A program made the position numbers and the translations under genes. A DNA stretch of 54,337 bases, counting the filler, from Sphacelaria rigidula (Eukaryota), in NCBI GenBank assembly GCA_964200075.2. It is 5 parts of 5 records of this genome, joined end to end, with 100 filler letters (N's around TTAATTAATTAA, not from the genome) between each part and the next. Parts side by side here need not be neighbours in the genome. Positions count along the whole stretch, not along the records: positions 43,552 to 54,337 come from CAXNAA020005914.1; 4 more parts are not named here. One strand, 5' to 3'. Of the stretch, positions 50,461-54,337 are shown piece by piece. Position 1 is the stretch's first letter, and every line of letters starts with the position of its first letter. The notes below the pieces were generated by a model. That model was not told where the DNA came from, ran no database searches, and saw only the letters and a program-made list of their open reading frames with translations.

Positions 50461-53040
50461 GCCCACATGATCAGCTGAATCGCGATCAGTGCCGGCCTCG
50501 ACAGCCACGCTAAGCCGTGTCACCGTATTCGCCGAAAACCACGTACAGTAGTATGATGCATTTTATTAGACTCCTCGGCACCCTCGGCACTTGCACAGCT
50601 CGTGAGACCTCGTGTTCGGCAAGCTCATGCCGTGCAACTGACTGTGCCAAAGTCAAGATTGAGGCGTTTTTCGCGGCAACCCAGTAAGTGAAGGCAACAC
50701 GCGGTGGAAGCACCAAACAAGCCATGGAAGGCATCACACTATCTTGCACATAGCTGACACCACACCCCCATCACATTACTTTGCCACAACCACTGCTAAA
50801 CCAAAATTTTCCTCAAACCATACGTCACTTCCTCAAACCAGTCTTCGCTTCCTCGAACCACGCTTCGCTTTCCTCAACTCGCACGGTGCTTCCTCAACTC
50901 ACACTCCGCCACTTGAAGCAAAAGAGGACCCTTCTCCCCCAGGCATGCGCCACGAGTACAAGCTGCTGGAGCTCTGCTATATCTTGGAGACTAATTCGAA
51001 ATAGAGCCCCCTGGTACTACACGCGCCCAGTGTGCGCCTTCTACAGGTTCGTCAACACGTATGTGTAACAGTGCAGCGGCGAAGAAGGGAAATCGAACCT
51101 CGAGCGAGACTTCACAGCCACACGGAACCATTAACCGATTATCCCTTCTCCGCCATAAAGTTAAATGACGAAAAGTCCTTACATATATATATATATATAT
51201 ATGCATTGCAGAAAGTATCGATGTCCCTACCCCTCCAAAAACGATTCATCATAGTCAGGTAGGCAACCGTATACGAGTGTCTGCTCGGAACTGACAAGTC
51301 TGCGAACTACATTCGTATCTGCTTCATCACCACCACAAAACTCGCATGCCACTGGTGAAGCCTCAACTGTAGAGTATCTCACCCGTCACGGGGCAACTAG
51401 CCGTCCCGTGCATCCTGCATCTTAGCCTCAAGTAATCCTGCCTCTAATGACTAACAAGCTATGGTCTACAGATCTGCTTATGTACAAAAAAACGTTCAGG
51501 GGGTATACCGCTGCGCATTGCGCAGAACCTTCCTGGTGAAGAACCTAGCCGTGCTTTCGAGCCCGTCCTGTCTTCCCGGTACGCTCCTACCTGAAAACTC
51601 CGCACTATATAACGTAGAAAACGGTGATGTATAAACATCTGTGAGGAAGCCGCTGAGTACTCTGTAGATGTCGCCGTGTACAATCTTAGGCAGACCGTAT
51701 ATACACGAGGGCACCCAGCCTCGCCATCCTCACACACACCGGTCTAGCGACGTCACATTCTATGCGCCAGAAGAACCTGAATCATACTAGGAACACACTT
51801 ACACCAAGAGAGGCGTTGCATATACATACGTCGGTTATCCACAAAAAATGCAACATCTGTGGACTACAGTAGGCTAAGCATACGCCCAAACTATACATCA
51901 TGCATGTTCCCTAACCGGCCTCTCTTCTCTGGTGCAGAAGATTGGTGGGGAAAAAATTATCCTCTGTCTACCTCGATCGAAGAGTGCGCTACAAGTGCAT
52001 CTGTGAATGTTGGGAGCAATTCACATCCGGCTTGCGCAGAGTTGGGAACACAAGTTCGCATTTTGTTTTTGGTACTTGGCATCGTGGAAGGGGGGCGATA
52101 TGCATCACAGAGAAGCCGAAGAGCACATATATCCAACGTTTTGGTGTCGCTCCTAATACGACGCGAAGCGTTTTGTAGCTGATAGTCATCCCTTAGCGCC
52201 TGAGAAGTATTGCGGCAAGAACATCTCGTAGCTAACCGCCGACGTGTTGATCCCTTATTACCACCTCATGATGGAACGCCCACCATCTCGGACTCGCCCA
52301 TTCGCGGGAAACCCTCTGCTGCTGTTGTTAGTGGCGATCGAGCTTGTTATTCGCCTGATGTATGCATACCAACCCGGCGGCCATTGAAGCGATGGCACGG
52401 AGAGGGGGAGAGCGTATGATATGAGTGTGTTATTCTGGTCACCAGTCAGTTGTGCGAGCCATGTTCTACTATTTAGTGCCGTACAACATGCCAGAAACAT
52501 TCAGTAAGCGCACGTGAGGTGTATTTTCTTTTTTAATTATCCAAATCTTCGCTAGAGCACAGGGTATACATGAATATACCGAGCTAGAACAACCAGAGGG
52601 CGGGGGTACAAATATTGGATACGACACCGCATGATATCCCGCTTGTCCTATCTTTCTCCCATTTTTTGTAAACATTCACTGATATCTGCCGCGCGAAATA
52701 GCTTGCTGCACTGCCCATCCTTCACCTTTAGGCAGGAGAAAAGCGTATAGCGTTATCGTGTCTGGATTTGCTCGAGGACGTACTCCTCCCGAACAAACCC
52801 ATCACGCTGTAACGCATACAGTACTTGCGACAACGCACCTTCACCGCGAGAATCAAAGATACAAAGTGTTGCATACATAAGGGAAGATATGCACACATGT
52901 ATAAATAACAGGCCAGATAGACATAAAAGTGACGACAGATACTCGACTCTCGTTTGGGTGTTAGCATTTAACTTTGCCGAAGAAATACAAAAACCTCCGG
53001 GGATGACTGGTCCTTCACACACCATACGGTGGCGGCGACG

Positions 53041-53160
53041 GGGGGGGTGTACCCATGATCTTGCATGCCTCATTTTTAAACCATTGACCTCACATCTCTA
53101 TAAAGCAACGACGGAGCTCGCCGGGTTTTCGCTGGACCAGGCTCGCCGGGGGGGGGGGGC
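53041..53160 (+). repeat. Poly-G-flanked ~120-bp dispersed element (also at 10721-10788 and 54229-54337)
   Basis: GnTGTACTCATGATCATGCAT…CCATTGACCTC.CATC.CTA.AAAGC…GGACCAG in three copies. Confidence 0.75.
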
Positions 53161-54337
53161 AGGGGGATTTTGTTCGGACGAATTATCGCCCAACAATAGC
53201 CACTGGTTTCGAGGCCTTGCTTGAAGAAGTGAAGAAGTGCCGGGGTTCATGGATTTCATGTTGAGATACAGCGACATCTCAGTGGCTTGACGACGTTTCA
53301 CCCCACAAGACTTCACAAACTGACCTGTGCCTCCGTGCATCACACCTACGAACCCCGTTGTGTTTAGCATCAACTCGTGCCTCACGTACCGTGGGATGGT
53401 TCCTACCTGGATCGCCAATTCGGCGAATAGCGCTAGCCGCCTAGCAATCGGAACAAGCCTCACCTTGATTCGTATCATCTCATCCGGCGAAAACGTATCT
53501 AGTACCATCTGCTTTTGGACGACGAATGAAACTTCTTGCTAGTTTTCTCCTCGCCGCTGTCTTGCCGTGCCGCCATCGCTCCAACAGGCGCGTCTGGATC
53601 AATCCAAGAGCGGGTGTCAAAATGGTAAGATGTCATGTTTTGTCTGGCCTTTTTGGCACACACCTACAGCTACGATATAACTCTTCGATGGTTTGTCCGC
53701 TCCATATTTTGGAACGTCATTTCGATTCAAGATGTTGCTAGAGGCGCCGTGCTTCCGAGAAATACCGGGGATGGTATTGAACACCATCATCTCGTGCTCG
53801 TAGCTCTCAGATTATGCGAACAAAGTACCCGAGGCGTCTTACTCTCCTTCAACACCTATAGTGGACATTACCTCGATGCACCATATACGCTGGCGTTGTC
53901 GACGACTGAGTGCGGTCATTTCTCCCGGAGACTGGTAAAATGGATGGATTGCGGGAAGATGTAGTGTTCACGTACTGCTGCGCAGCAGCATTGCTGGCAT
54001 AAGAGGACCCTGGACGTTGAGCAACACCAGGAGGCACGACGGATGCTGATTGCTCGCTACCAGTTGACGCGAATAATCCCGTACCGTGCCCCCGGACATC
54101 CAGTCTCGACTGCTGGCAGTCATCACCCGGCCCGTGCATACAGACCAGCAGACTCTGGTGACATGTGCAGCTGTTGGCGGCGGTTAGTGGCGGTATTCCC
54201 TGGTAAGCGAATGGGTGACGTCGCCGTAGGGGGGGGGGGGGGGTGTACTCATGATCATGCATACCATAGTCATCAGACCATTGACCTCGCATCCCTACGA
54301 AGCCAGGATGGAGCACGCCGGGTTCTCGCCGGACCAG

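Overview
Eukaryotic, intron-rich DNA of about 50% GC. The long GT-AG introns, CTAAC/CTGAC-type branch points and repeat landscape suggest a stramenopile, probably a brown alga; that assignment is inferred. The window is not one locus. It is five contigs of almost identical length (10788, 10788, 10788, 10787, 10786 bp) joined by 100-nt N spacers containing TTAATTAATTAA, so adjacency across those gaps is artificial. Contig 1 (1-10788) holds a multi-exon + strand gene with C2, a canonical C1, a second C2 and MCTP-like transmembrane segments. Contig 2 holds a + strand gene fusing an atypical cNMP-binding domain to an RGS domain split by a ~200-aa insertion, convergent with a - strand IQ-motif/LRR gene. 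Contig 3 holds the 3' end of a divergent importin-alpha-like gene (-), with a probable convergent terminal exon only 32 bp away. Contig 4 holds the first two exons of an Aa_trans-family amino-acid transporter. Contig 5 holds an internally deleted Ty3/gypsy LTR retrotransposon and a large foldback repeat. Introns and intergenic DNA carry several MITE/foldback families with variable 4-bp TSDs, a hAT-type MITE, LINE/SINE 3' ends, tRNA-derived heads, poly-G-flanked mini-elements and microsatellites.
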